Positions 50,433-61,039 of a stretch of DNA of 64,000 nucleotides are shown in pieces. How positions within the stretch are numbered: the stretch's first letter is position 1; each line of letters begins with the position of its first letter. Below the pieces are notes generated by a model. It made no database searches. It saw only the letters and a list, made by a program, of their open reading frames with translations, and was not told the DNA's origin. Origin of the DNA: Verrucomicrobiales bacterium (GTDB taxonomy: Bacteria; Verrucomicrobiota; Verrucomicrobiia; Verrucomicrobiales; V1-33); the NCBI GenBank assembly GCA_031411295.1, contig JANOAV010000124.1, forward strand, positions 1 through 64,000, given 5' to 3'. Position numbers and translations under genes: made by a program.

Positions 50433-50591
50433 GGTGGGGGAAGGGGCGAGTGGTGGAGTGTGCGTCCGCCCTAGACCCGCAGAGAGGCGTCTGCAAAGAA
50501 TTTCCTCGGCGGAACCGGAATTTTCGAAAACTTCGGAGCCGCCATGCAAGCTCACGGACTGCCATACGCAATGCTGCTCCCACCAGTCTCG

Positions 50592-53500
50592 CTACGGCAC
50601 GGGTGGGGTGACGAGCACTCGCAGGTAGTTGCGGGTTGCGGGACCACCAATGGGGGTTGGGCTGCGGCAGGTGATGACAGCGGTGCCATTGGCTTGATTG
50701 ACGGTGTTCACGTAGATCATCCCAACTGCGCTCCAAGTGCCGAGATCACTGGATTGCTGCGGGGTAAGGACGACGCCATCAGCGGCCAGGTTGCGGGTGT
50801 AATGGAAGGTCAGATAGGTGCCAGGATCTGCTCCGGGGGGATCGACGACGAACTCGTGGGACATTTGCGGTCTGGATGCGGCACTGTTGCCGGCAGAACC
50901 CATGGCGTATTCCAGGAAGTCGGAACTGCCGTCATTATCGGAGTCTGCGAAACTGGATCCGGTGAACGGAGCGCTGTTAGTGGTTCCGGGAGAACCGCCA
51001 ATTTGGGCGCTGCTGCGCCACAGGCCGCCCGTGCTGTAGGCAGGGTTGCTGCGGGGATTATTCAACAGCAGGCTATAGCCAAGGCCGTTGGCATCCACGG
51101 GCCAGGGCTCGGTATTGGCGTAAGCGAAACTGGCAATGACGCTGGTGTTAGCGGCCAACAAGGTGAGGATTTCTCCGCCGTTGTTGAGGTTGCCGGAGAA
51201 TTCGCCCAGGATACGGACGCTGGGGTTGTTGCCATTTCGGCTGATGAACGCGTTTTGATTTGCCACCACAATGGCGCGACCGCCTGGAGCCAGGGTAAGA
51301 GCAACGGGGTTCACGCTGCCGAATCCGTAAATGACACCATCAGTAAAGGCGCAGTTACTGAGGTCCACGTTCTGGTTGCTCACGTTCAGGAGTTCGATGA
51401 ATTCGAAATCACTAGCGGAGGTGAAGCCAGCGGCCACCTCGGCCAGGGTGGCACCGGTCGGGCGATAGTGGATTTCGGAAATAACAAGGTTGGCGGCACT
51501 GGCGGGGACGGCATCCACCACGTAGGTATTCGTCGTGGCTGGGGACCATTGGCCGTTGACGAGGAGCCGAGTTTTCAGCGTGGCCGAGGTCGTGAGGGTA
51601 ATCGGAGCGCTGTAAACCAAGCCCCCACCGGTGCTGGTATTGACGGGCAGCCAGGTGAGTTTCGGGACCATGAGTAAATCGCTGGAGGTGCTATCAACCC
51701 CATTCAAGCAATGGATGGCGAGCACATTGCTGCCGACGCGGAGGGCGGGAATTCCCAGAGTGGAAACATCGATTGTTTCAAACGCTACAGCCGCCGCCTC
51801 ATCGCGCGCCACGCCTGCTTTGGCGGTGGAGGGATCCAAGGCAACAGAGGCATCGGTATCATTGCCACCGGCCACCTTGACCCCGTTGATATACGCTTGG
51901 AATCCGTCTTCATATTTCAGGCCAAGGCGCAGCGTGTTGATGGCGGCCAGCGTGGGGGCATCTGGAATGGTAAAAGGAACGCGAACGTAGCAGGTGGCAT
52001 TGAGGCTCTGCATTTGCACCTGGGTGTTGCCGTTGGCGCCAATAAGCGGCAAATAATCCGGGTTGGTGTCATACCCAATGCCAGTGTTGGCGGCGGTCCA
52101 GTTGACGTCGTTGATTGGGGCGGTGTAGTTCGTCCACTGCTGTGCTCCCGCGCCTGCGGTGAGAGTGAACCCTCCGTTGGTGGCTGAGGGCACCAGCCAA
52201 CGACAGGCGTTACTGGAGCCAGAAATCAACGCGGTCTCCGTCGGGAAAGTGGCTCCAGCACTCGGATCCGTGCCGTCCAGCGTATAGTAAAGCGTGCCGC
52301 CGGTGGCATAGCTGTAGCCTCCGGGAGGCGTTCCGGCGTAACGGGCAATGGTGATTTGGCTACTAACAGGAATGCTGCCCGGCCCTGGGCTGACATTGGG
52401 TGGACGGTAAATGACGGTGCTTCCAGCAGGGAAGTTCTGATCATCAATCCAGTTCAAGCGCTGGCCCATCCAGGTCTTCATCCAATCGATTTCCGACTGG
52501 AAGGTGGTGTTCACTTGCCACGGACGAGGTGTTAGGGTGGCCGCGCCCCCGGGATCGCCCCCAGCGTTGGGCCAGACATAGACCCCAAGGATGGGATGCT
52601 TGCGATAATGCCGCTGGGCGGCATTTTCCAAGGTGGAAGGCTGTCCGGCGGTCAGCACGAAGCTATTGCTAACAGGCGTGGTGTTGCCGTTGGTGGCCAT
52701 GAGTTTATAGGTGTCCATGCTGTTCTGTAGCAACAAGGTGTTGAAGATGGTCCGCCTCATTTCCCAGTAGCGATCCCAATTCTTGAGTTCGTAAGCAGGA
52801 TCTTGGCGCAGACGGGCCCACCAGTAGCTGTCGGTTTGGTTCCAATACCACCCGGCATACTGATCGCCCGTGGCGTAGTTGGCATTGCCCATGGAGAGAT
52901 TGTAGTCCCAGATGGGCGTGGCGATAATCTTGCCGCCCCGGTCCTTCGTGAAGTAAGTGGACAAGCGGTAACCGTCGATTTGTTTGGTGATTTCCACGAA
53001 CCACCAGTTTTCGATGAAGGAGTTCACGTCGATGTATGGAGCGTAGCCGAGCACGGGGTCAGCAAAATTGGCGCCATAGAGGGCCGTGTTGAAGGCGTTG
53101 ATGTAGTTGGTCAGATAGGTGGTTTGGGCCCCATTGAGCACGCCTGGGGTATGGGAGTTCATGCCCACAGGCAGAAGCGTGGTGCCATCGGAACTGGCGC
53201 GGTCCCGACGGAAAATGTAGCCACCAGTGATGAGGGTCGGATCGGTTACCAAGTCATTTAGCTTGGCAATATTCATGCGATCCTTGCTGCGTTTGATGCG
53301 CTCCATGAGGATATAAACTCCACGGTAGTCGTTATACGAAACCGCTTGGCCGGGATCCATGTTGAAGATCACTTCCACCATCCGGGTTCGCATCGCAAAG
53401 CCATCTGCGTCGCCATGGAGTTCGCGCATTTTGGTGTAGGTGATGACATTGCGGATGAACGTTTTATCGGTATAAGGGCCATAGAGGGCCCAATCGCTTT

Positions 53501-55622
53501 CTGCGGGCATGTCCAGCAGGGCGGCATCCTTGTCGTTGCCGAGGTTATCCCACGTTTCCCAGGCGTAGGATTTCTGAGCGAAGCCGCCCGAACTATCCCC
53601 GCGCACGTGAGTGCCGCCGCGGCCCTGCCAGTTCGTGATGGGTGAGGTGATGTCCGCCAAGCCGGTGGTGGCGTCTTTGTCGATGACAACGCCATAGGTG
53701 AAACGATGCGGACGGGCTTGAGCAGAGTCAGTGACCCCATCCACATTAACCCCAAAGCTGTCCAGCACGATGAGCGGCAAATGGGATTTGAAGGGCTGGT
53801 TAGAGTTATTGTAATTCGCTAGCGAAGAGTCCAGCATCAGCAACGTGCGACTAGTCACAGGTCCTGGCAAACGGCCTGGCGTATAGACCCGGGCGCGGAC
53901 GGTGGCGGAGTTGGTGATATTTAATGCGGTCGTGTAAAGCGCGCTGGCCGGGCCCGGATTGGTATTATCCAGCGTGTAGCGCACGGTGGACCCAGGGGCC
54001 AAGGGGGCGGACATGGAGAGCGGGGTGCTGCCCGTAATGAGACCACCCTCACGAGACCAGACGATATCTTCGGCCGGCCCGCCGGGGGCGACATCATAAC
54101 TGTAAAGGGTGCCGGCCCCAGGGCTGACGGGGTTCAGGAAACCGGAGGCACCACCCTGATATTTCAAGCCGTAGCTCACATCCTCGAATTGATTCGGATA
54201 AGTCCACGTGCTGATGACCGTGGTGGCGGGATTGCGCAGGGAAATGGTGCCGCCGGTTTTGGGTAAGGTGAAATTGGTATGCAGCAGTGCGGTATTAGCT
54301 GTGCGGTTTTTTCCCGATGCAAATACGACGAGGTGCCCATAGGCCGTCAGGTTGACCGAAGGGAAGGTCCAGGTGTTGAGGCCTTGAACGAGTTGGTAGC
54401 CGGCTAAATTCACGGCCGCATTTTGGCCGTTGTAAATTTCGATCCAATCAGGAGCTTCCATGTCTTCATCTTCCAGGGTGTCCTTGTTCTCGGCCATGAA
54501 CTCACTGATGATGATGCCTGTATTTGGTGGCGCGGCTGGTGAGGTTTGCAGGAGGAGGTCGTCAAGAAATGTGTCCTGTAACGCTCCTGCGGTGGAGGCC
54601 GTGATGGCAAATGTATTGCCGCTGGTGGGGGAGAAACCTGGCGTGGGGAGGTTCGTGAAGATGACTTGACCATTGTAGCTCAGATCCAATCCATCATAAT
54701 CCCAGTGGGCCGTGAAGGCACGGAAGTTGTTATCAAACACAAAGCCGCGGCCCTGCAAGCCGCCAATGGTCCAGACTTCCTTAGTGGTGGCATTGCCATC
54801 CACCGTATTGGTGATCGTCATGGCACCCAGTCCAGGAGCCATGTTCAGACCGATGAGGCCGGCGGGATTGCCTACGGGATCAGGATGGGTATTGAAATCG
54901 CCATGGGTTACGGTCCAATTGCCCGCCGTCCCGGTAACCGTCACCGTGGTCCATCCTGCCACTGCGCGCATCCGTGATTGAACGGTGGTGGCAGTGGCGC
55001 TGGCCGCAATGTTGGCGGTTACTCCACCCGTTTCAGGATTGGTCAGGGTGAAGGTGCTGGATGAACTGGCCGCAACGGTGCTTGTCTCGGTGAGGTTGGA
55101 GGAAAGGAAGCTACCGACGACCGTGTTGTTACAGTAGATGTCGATCGAAGGCTTATCATTGGGGGTGTCGGCAAAGGTATCAAAACTGATCACCAGGCCA
55201 CCGTTCATGGTAAAGCCGATATCCCCGGAACCATCACCGGATGCAGGAATGGGACCGAAGTTTAGCGCCCAACCGGCCCCTGGCACGGAGGCAGCCGTAG
55301 TGCCTTTGAGCATCTTTAAGCTAACGCTCGCATCGAAGGACTGAATGGGGTTTCCCACATCCAGATTCGGAATGCGGAGCGCTGAAGTATTGCCGCCGAG
55401 GGATTTACTGGCGATTTGCAGCGTGTTCGTGATGACTTTCGCGAAGCCACTGGTGCCTCCCAGCAGAGTTGAACTGAACACCGTGCCATCCGCTAAATCA
55501 GACGTGCCGTCCGGGTAGGTGAAGGTCTGAACTCCCGTGGTGGGATAGCGTCCGGCGTGCGCTGAGGTTAAGTTAAGGGCCAGGGAGGCAAGCAGGATTG
55601 TGGAGGGGAAGGAAAATTTCAT
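50592..55622 (-). CDS. Large secreted lamin-tail/CotH-kinase protein
   Basis: Signal peptide; lectin-like N-terminus; ISEFMAEN, DWIEIYN; RGDSS, YRGVYILMERIK, PIWDYNLSMGN; second LTD; tail DSDNDG..RNYLRV. Confidence 0.88.
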   Translation of the reverse strand: MKFSFPSTILLASLALNLTSAHAGRYPTTGVQTFTYPDGTSDLADGTVFSSTLLGGTSGFAKVITNTLQIASKSLGGNTSALRIPNLDVGNPIQSFDASVSLKMLKGTTAASVPGAGWALNFGPIPASGDGSGDIGFTMNGGLVISFDTFADTPNDKPSIDIYCNNTVVGSFLSSNLTETSTVAASSSSTFTLTNPETGGVTANIAASATATTVQSRMRAVAGWTTVTVTGTAGNWTVTHGDFNTHPDPVGNPAGLIGLNMAPGLGAMTITNTVDGNATTKEVWTIGGLQGRGFVFDNNFRAFTAHWDYDGLDLSYNGQVIFTNLPTPGFSPTSGNTFAITASTAGALQDTFLDDLLLQTSPAAPPNTGIIISEFMAENKDTLEDEDMEAPDWIEIYNGQNAAVNLAGYQLVQGLNTWTFPSVNLTAYGHLVVFASGKNRTANTALLHTNFTLPKTGGTISLRNPATTVISTWTYPNQFEDVSYGLKYQGGASGFLNPVSPGAGTLYSYDVAPGGPAEDIVWSREGGLITGSTPLSMSAPLAPGSTVRYTLDNTNPGPASALYTTALNITNSATVRARVYTPGRLPGPVTSRTLLMLDSSLANYNNSNQPFKSHLPLIVLDSFGVNVDGVTDSAQARPHRFTYGVVIDKDATTGLADITSPITNWQGRGGTHVRGDSSGGFAQKSYAWETWDNLGNDKDAALLDMPAESDWALYGPYTDKTFIRNVITYTKMRELHGDADGFAMRTRMVEVIFNMDPGQAVSYNDYRGVYILMERIKRSKDRMNIAKLNDLVTDPTLITGGYIFRRDRASSDGTTLLPVGMNSHTPGVLNGAQTTYLTNYINAFNTALYGANFADPVLGYAPYIDVNSFIENWWFVEITKQIDGYRLSTYFTKDRGGKIIATPIWDYNLSMGNANYATGDQYAGWYWNQTDSYWWARLRQDPAYELKNWDRYWEMRRTIFNTLLLQNSMDTYKLMATNGNTTPVSNSFVLTAGQPSTLENAAQRHYRKHPILGVYVWPNAGGDPGGAATLTPRPWQVNTTFQSEIDWMKTWMGQRLNWIDDQNFPAGSTVIYRPPNVSPGPGSIPVSSQITIARYAGTPPGGYSYATGGTLYYTLDGTDPSAGATFPTETALISGSSNACRWLVPSATNGGFTLTAGAGAQQWTNYTAPINDVNWTAANTGIGYDTNPDYLPLIGANGNTQVQMQSLNATCYVRVPFTIPDAPTLAAINTLRLGLKYEDGFQAYINGVKVAGGNDTDASVALDPSTAKAGVARDEAAAVAFETIDVSTLGIPALRVGSNVLAIHCLNGVDSTSSDLLMVPKLTWLPVNTSTGGGLVYSAPITLTTSATLKTRLLVNGQWSPATTNTYVVDAVPASAANLVISEIHYRPTGATLAEVAAGFTSASDFEFIELLNVSNQNVDLSNCAFTDGVIYGFGSVNPVALTLAPGGRAIVVANQNAFISRNGNNPSVRILGEFSGNLNNGGEILTLLAANTSVIASFAYANTEPWPVDANGLGYSLLLNNPRSNPAYSTGGLWRSSAQIGGSPGTTNSAPFTGSSFADSDNDGSSDFLEYAMGSAGNSAASRPQMSHEFVVDPPGADPGTYLTFHYTRNLAADGVVLTPQQSSDLGTWSAVGMIYVNTVNQANGTAVITCRSPTPIGGPATRNYLRVLVTPPVP

Positions 55623-55744
55623 GTTGGATTCTGGGGGAGGGGTGGGGGAGCCTTTGGGTGTTTTAGCAAATCGGTAGCAAACTCACCAGCAATAAATGGG
55701 CTGAGATGCACGAATGAAGTTTCAGGGCGTTGAGGCTACAAAGA

Positions 55745-55778
55745 CCAAACCCCACCGCCGTGAGGTGGTGGGGTTTGG
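55745..55778 (-). terminator. Probable terminator after the PEP-CTERM gene
   Basis: CCAAACCCCACCGCC-GTGA-GGTGGTGGGGTTTGG hairpin. Confidence 0.65.
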
Positions 55779-55793
55779 CACAGTGGCGAAATA

Positions 55794-58700
55794 TTAGCGG
55801 CGGCGGCGGCGCATTCCCAGCATCGCCAAACCAGCCAATCCGGTAGCCAAGGTGCTGGGTTCTGGAATAATGACCAAGGACCAACTGCCTTGCTTGAGCC
55901 AGAAGCGCTGGCCGTCTATCATAACTTCACGGGAACCAGCAGGCAGGCTATACTGAAGCAGATCTTCGGCGGGAATCAGCGTGGAATTACCCCAGATGGT
56001 AGTATCGATGTCGCCCGTCACAAACTTGTATTCCGTGACCCCGTAAGTATAGGTGGTGTCGGTAAAGCTTCCTTCCAAGCTGGCTCCGTTGGCGCTGAAC
56101 ATGCCCAAGTCGTTGATGATGCGATCGAAGCCACCAGGGGCCTCATCCGTGATGGTGAGGAAGAGGTGAGCGGTGCTGTTCAGCGTGATGTCGCCATCCA
56201 CCGTGAGGTCACCGATCCCCGCTCCGTCGCCCGGAGAAATGGTGCCGCCGTTGGTGGTAATCGAGCCCTCGATGGTGCCGATGCCGCTCAGAATCGTGTT
56301 GGGAGTGGTGACCACCCCGCCAGCCACGGAACCATCGATCTGGACATTGCCCGCCTCAATGGTGACATCGCCAAAGAAAAGATTGTTCCCTGCCAAGATC
56401 AGCGTGCCCGAGCCTTGCTTCGTAATCCCACCATCGCCATCCATGATGTTGTTGGCCTTGACGGTGAAACCTTGCGTATCGAAAGTTAGCCCGCCCGATC
56501 CGATCTGGCTATTGCCAGCATTCCAGCCGGGGAAATAGTCGGCTTGGTCTTTGTTGGCGATGATCTTCCCTTCATCGATGTTGAACGCTGCCGTGCCACC
56601 ACCAGCAATGATTTGTGGGGCTTGGATCACGCCTCCGGAGAGCAGGTTGATCGTGCCCTTGGACCCAGCATTGCGGGCGACCCAGAGCGCCCCCAAAGTT
56701 CCGATGTTTACTCGGCCTTCATCAATGATATTCGCCACCCCAGTGCCGTCCTCACCGATGTTAACATTGAGGTCCGCATTATTTGTGAAATTCAGCGTGG
56801 AGCCGGGATCAGCTACCTTTAGCGTGCCATTGGAGGCACCTCCGCGCCCCAAGTTGAGCCACCAGTTGTGATTTACCGTGCCCCCATTGATAATGTTCAG
56901 CGCCCCGACCCCTCCCTCATATCCCACCTGAAGGTCAGCAGTGCCACCCAGGGAATGTTCCCATTTGGCGGTATCTCCATCCACATTCACGGTGCCTTTT
57001 CCGCCCACGGTGGCTCCATCAACCGCTCCACCACGACCTACCTCAGTTCCGCCATCCGTGCGCAGCGTGCCTTGAGTAATGTTCACGGTGCCGACGGTTT
57101 GTCCTGAAGTCGGACGATTTCCGTAGCCCACGTAGAGGTCGCCCGCTTGGATTACTCCGGCCGGATTATCCAAAGCAATGGTGAGCACGCCCTTGGTGGC
57201 TGGGTTGCCAGCGGGTGCCGCTTCCGCACCTACGTTGAATCCTTGCATTCCGTTAATGGTCCCACCGCTGATGGTCATCGTGCCATCGCCCCGACGGCCA
57301 ACATGAATGCGACGATCTCCGACTTGGTAATTCACCGTGCCGCCGATCAGATTCCAGACCCCCTTGGTGCCACCTTGATTGCCGATGTTGGTTTCTTCAG
57401 ACAGATTCAGCGTTCCGCCGCTCATATTGAAAATGCCGTCACCATGGGAACCGCCGTCCTCGGTTGGCCCTGCGTTGCCGATGGCGAATCCACCCCAGTA
57501 GTTCGTTTGCACGGTGCCATTGTTACCAACATTGATCGTGCCTCCGGTCATGGTCATGGCGCCGTTGCGACGCTGGCCAATGCTCAGGCTCTGGGTGTTG
57601 AGGGTGCCACCCAGCATGTTATAGATCGGCCGGTGCGTGCCAGCATCCCGATCCTGGCCGATTTCCGTCCAAGTATTGGAATTCATGGTGCCTCCGGTTT
57701 GGTTTACCGTGGCCATCCCGTTGTTACCGATGGTCATACTAGCGAAGCTAGCGCTGCCGTCCTTCATATTAAAGTTTCCCGTGGTGGGGCCGGCATTCCG
57801 TTTATCCGTTCCCAAGAATAGGCGCATCCCGCCCCGGGCACCGGGATCCCCATTGGACTGACCAGTAGCTCCGTTAATCTGACCGCCGGTGTCCACCGTA
57901 ACGGTTCCTTTCGCGGCAGGGAGCGCGCCATCGCCACCCCACATGCCCACATGCATTTCACCGGTGGTCGCATTGAGTTGCCCTCCATTGGTCACTTCCA
58001 GAATGCCTTCTCCAGAGCGACCCACGACGAAGCGTTGGTCGGTGGCCGCAATGTTCATCTGCGAGCCAGCGCCATCAATTTTAACGGTGCCTTTGGAGCT
58101 GTCATTGTCACTGATGATCGTCCACCAGTTATTGTTGACCTTGCCGCCGCTGGCAATATTCAAATTTCCCACGCCGGTGCCACCGGAACCTACAATAATA
58201 TCGGAATTGGGTCCGTGCGTCAGGGTGGCATTCGTATTCACATTCACGGTGCCCGTGCCATTAGAACCAATCAGGAAACCGCCCCCTGTCGGATGGCTAA
58301 AGACGGCATTATCCGTCACGTGGAGGGTGCCCACGCCTTGGTCTGCACCATCGTCGTCACTGCCCACCCAGATATCCCCGCCATTCTTGATGTAGGAGGA
58401 TCCGGTGCCCGTGATGGTGGCCACCCCGGTTCCTCCGGTGTTCTTGCCCACCATGAAGCGATCCCCGCTGTCGTCCTGAATTTTACCGCCGTTCCGCACC
58501 ATCATGGTGCCGCTGCCATCTTCCCCGATGATGAGTCGCCCGCCGGTCTTGGTTAACGTGGATCCAGCTCCGTCCACCAACAGGGAGCCGGTGCTGCCAG
58601 CTCCGCGCGCCACGTTAATCCACCAGTTCTGGTTCATTTTACCGCCCGCTGTGATATTGAGGCTCCCGTTGCCGCCGTTATAACCCACTTGGAAATCCTT

Positions 58701-60563
58701 TTGGCCCGTGCCGTTGAAGGTGCTGCCGGTCCCGGTCACATTGAGGGAGCCAGTCGATCCTGCGCCTGCCCCAATTTCCATCCAGCCGCTCATGTTCATC
58801 GTGGCTCCGTTTTGAATGTTCACTATGCCCGTGGCACCGCCACCACCATTATGATCACTCTTGGCGGCAATGAATAACCCCTGTTCGTTGGTGGCCGCAT
58901 TGCCGACCGTAGTCGCACCACCAGTCAGCGTAAAGGTTCCATTGCCGCCATTGCTGCCGACCGTCAGATTGTTGCTCGTAAAGGAGCCGCCAGACTTGTT
59001 GTAAGTGCCCTGGCCAGCGGACTGACCGCCTCCGATAATGCTGTCTCCCACCACCACGGTGCCACCAGTCTGGGTAATCAGACCAATACTGTTGGTGCGC
59101 AGACCAGCGTGCAGACCGCCAGTGGTAATATTCGCGGTGCCGGAAATGGTCATGGAGCCGTCCCGATCAGAGCCGACTTCGACGCCAGCTCCGGAAGTAA
59201 GATTTCCTGCGCTGATGTCATACTTCGATCCCGCGGGACCACCACCCAGACCAATGGCCATCCATTGCCCGAAGCTCACGGTGCCGCCAGTTTGGTTGAT
59301 AACGCCCACCCCGCCATCGTGACCGATGTTGAAGTAGTTGGTAGAGCTGTAGGTGCCGCCGGAAATATTGAGGGTGCCAGTGCTGGTGCCGCCGAAACCA
59401 ATTTCATGGTGATCAGCCGCCACCGTGCCACCAGTTACCGTGGCTAGACCAGTGCCTCCATCGCGACCCACGATGACATCTCCAGTCGCAGTCAGGGTTC
59501 CAGATGAGGCCGTCAACGTTCCGTTACCACCATCCCGACCCACGGACACGACCCCCACATTTGCCGTGCCCCCGGCCAGTGTGATGACGCCCACGCCACC
59601 TGCGTTGCGTCCGATGTTCGTTTCCCCAGTAATGGTCGTCGTGCCGCCATTCAGATTGAAATTCCCCGTTCCTCCAGTGGCAATCCCCACGCGAACTTCT
59701 CCGCCCGTGGTCAGCGCGCCGGAATTCACATTCAGCGTGCCGGTTCCGCCATTGGCCACGGTGAGTAGTCCCGTGGTGCCCGCATAGGCTCCTCCGGCCA
59801 CCGTCAAAACACCCGTTCCGACTGCCCCGCCGATGGTGGCTTCCGCGGTGCCTTGGCTCAATTTACCATCGGATTTAATAATGATCGTTCCCGTGCCTCC
59901 GGTAGCTGCAGAAAGCCGTGTGCCTAGAGTGAGGGCGGCATTGTTCGTTGCCAGATCCAGCAAGGCCGTATCCGCCAAGCCCGTGCCATCACCCAAGTTA
60001 ATAATCCCAGTGGCTCCGGTATCGACGCCCAGTGCCAAACCCTGAGCCCCCGGGCTGGGGGCTGCGGAACCAGCTCCCATGCGGAGGATGCCATCGTTGA
60101 GATTAACAGTGCCATTGCCCACCGCCGATCCCACCGCAGAAATGCTCACACCAATGGCCAAGGCATTGGCCGTCCCGGTGTCCACCACGCCAGCATTGGA
60201 AATAGTCAACGTCCCCGCACCGGATCCTGGTCCAGTCGCCCCGATGGCGATGGCCGTGCCAAATGGCGGCGGCGCGCCCGGAACCCAGCCTTGGGTCAGC
60301 GTTCCGCCATCGACCGTAATGCTATTCCCGTTGGCCACGACTAAGTTGCCCCCAGGAAACGGAGCCGTGCCGACGCCATTGTAATTGATGGTATGTCCAG
60401 TCCCGATGGTAGCGCTGTCGAACAGAAATGGATTCGGTGCCCCTGATGGCGTCCATGACGCAGGCGCATCCCAGTTGCCTGAGCCTGCTGAGGTGAATGC
60501 TGCGGCGTTAGCGACGATGGGGAACGTCGCCATGACAAGGGTGAGGAAGAGGCCGGATTTCAT
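55794..60563 (-). CDS. PEP-CTERM surface protein with Gly-rich beta-strand repeats
   Basis: C-terminal IIPEPSTLATGLAGLAMLGMRRRRR; many G..G.G.L.I.GG repeats; autotransporter-associated strand GGITKQGSGTLILAGNN. Confidence 0.93.
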   Translation of the reverse strand: MKSGLFLTLVMATFPIVANAAAFTSAGSGNWDAPASWTPSGAPNPFLFDSATIGTGHTINYNGVGTAPFPGGNLVVANGNSITVDGGTLTQGWVPGAPPPFGTAIAIGATGPGSGAGTLTISNAGVVDTGTANALAIGVSISAVGSAVGNGTVNLNDGILRMGAGSAAPSPGAQGLALGVDTGATGIINLGDGTGLADTALLDLATNNAALTLGTRLSAATGGTGTIIIKSDGKLSQGTAEATIGGAVGTGVLTVAGGAYAGTTGLLTVANGGTGTLNVNSGALTTGGEVRVGIATGGTGNFNLNGGTTTITGETNIGRNAGGVGVITLAGGTANVGVVSVGRDGGNGTLTASSGTLTATGDVIVGRDGGTGLATVTGGTVAADHHEIGFGGTSTGTLNISGGTYSSTNYFNIGHDGGVGVINQTGGTVSFGQWMAIGLGGGPAGSKYDISAGNLTSGAGVEVGSDRDGSMTISGTANITTGGLHAGLRTNSIGLITQTGGTVVVGDSIIGGGQSAGQGTYNKSGGSFTSNNLTVGSNGGNGTFTLTGGATTVGNAATNEQGLFIAAKSDHNGGGGATGIVNIQNGATMNMSGWMEIGAGAGSTGSLNVTGTGSTFNGTGQKDFQVGYNGGNGSLNITAGGKMNQNWWINVARGAGSTGSLLVDGAGSTLTKTGGRLIIGEDGSGTMMVRNGGKIQDDSGDRFMVGKNTGGTGVATITGTGSSYIKNGGDIWVGSDDDGADQGVGTLHVTDNAVFSHPTGGGFLIGSNGTGTVNVNTNATLTHGPNSDIIVGSGGTGVGNLNIASGGKVNNNWWTIISDNDSSKGTVKIDGAGSQMNIAATDQRFVVGRSGEGILEVTNGGQLNATTGEMHVGMWGGDGALPAAKGTVTVDTGGQINGATGQSNGDPGARGGMRLFLGTDKRNAGPTTGNFNMKDGSASFASMTIGNNGMATVNQTGGTMNSNTWTEIGQDRDAGTHRPIYNMLGGTLNTQSLSIGQRRNGAMTMTGGTINVGNNGTVQTNYWGGFAIGNAGPTEDGGSHGDGIFNMSGGTLNLSEETNIGNQGGTKGVWNLIGGTVNYQVGDRRIHVGRRGDGTMTISGGTINGMQGFNVGAEAAPAGNPATKGVLTIALDNPAGVIQAGDLYVGYGNRPTSGQTVGTVNITQGTLRTDGGTEVGRGGAVDGATVGGKGTVNVDGDTAKWEHSLGGTADLQVGYEGGVGALNIINGGTVNHNWWLNLGRGGASNGTLKVADPGSTLNFTNNADLNVNIGEDGTGVANIIDEGRVNIGTLGALWVARNAGSKGTINLLSGGVIQAPQIIAGGGTAAFNIDEGKIIANKDQADYFPGWNAGNSQIGSGGLTFDTQGFTVKANNIMDGDGGITKQGSGTLILAGNNLFFGDVTIEAGNVQIDGSVAGGVVTTPNTILSGIGTIEGSITTNGGTISPGDGAGIGDLTVDGDITLNSTAHLFLTITDEAPGGFDRIINDLGMFSANGASLEGSFTDTTYTYGVTEYKFVTGDIDTTIWGNSTLIPAEDLLQYSLPAGSREVMIDGQRFWLKQGSWSLVIIPEPSTLATGLAGLAMLGMRRRRR

Positions 60564-60733
60564 ATTTTAGTGTGGGGATTGAACTAAATTAAATTAAAAT
60601 TTGTTCACGCTCGTTTTAGGAAGAACGCAATTTTTGATCAAGAAAAAAATTCTGTGAATGAAACGAAATTCGCTACAGATCCGCGTATTCTAGATGAGAA
60701 ACCCTCGTTTTGAGGGACGAACGGCCAACCCGC

Positions 60734-61027
60734 TTAGAAGCGGAGATACCCCCAAGCCATCACCCCCAGCAGCAGTAATCCAGTGAGCCACCATAACCAG
60801 TGCAAGCCCGCTGGGCGTTCGAAAGCTGACGGGAATTCCCGTTTCATAAAATCATCATAGGAAAACTCATCCGTGCCCAAATCCGTCGAGTCATCAGCAT
60901 CCCCATGCAACCCCGTCCGCTCATCCGCCCCGCAATCCGGGCAGGCCAACGCCTTGCGGGGAACATCTGCTCCACAGACTCCGCAGGGGTAAAATTTGGG
61001 GACCGGGGAATTGAGGTAGCGCGCCAT
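60734..61027 (-). CDS. Small zinc-ribbon membrane protein
   Basis: CGVC..CPDCGAD plus a C-terminal TM helix. Confidence 0.75.
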   Translation of the reverse strand: MARYLNSPVPKFYPCGVCGADVPRKALACPDCGADERTGLHGDADDSTDLGTDEFSYDDFMKREFPSAFERPAGLHWLWWLTGLLLLGVMAWGYLRF

Positions 61028-61039
61028 GATTCCGCTCGG

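Noticed and set aside
55794..60563. Possible autotransporter
   Set aside because: No C-terminal beta-barrel; the protein ends in PEP-CTERM
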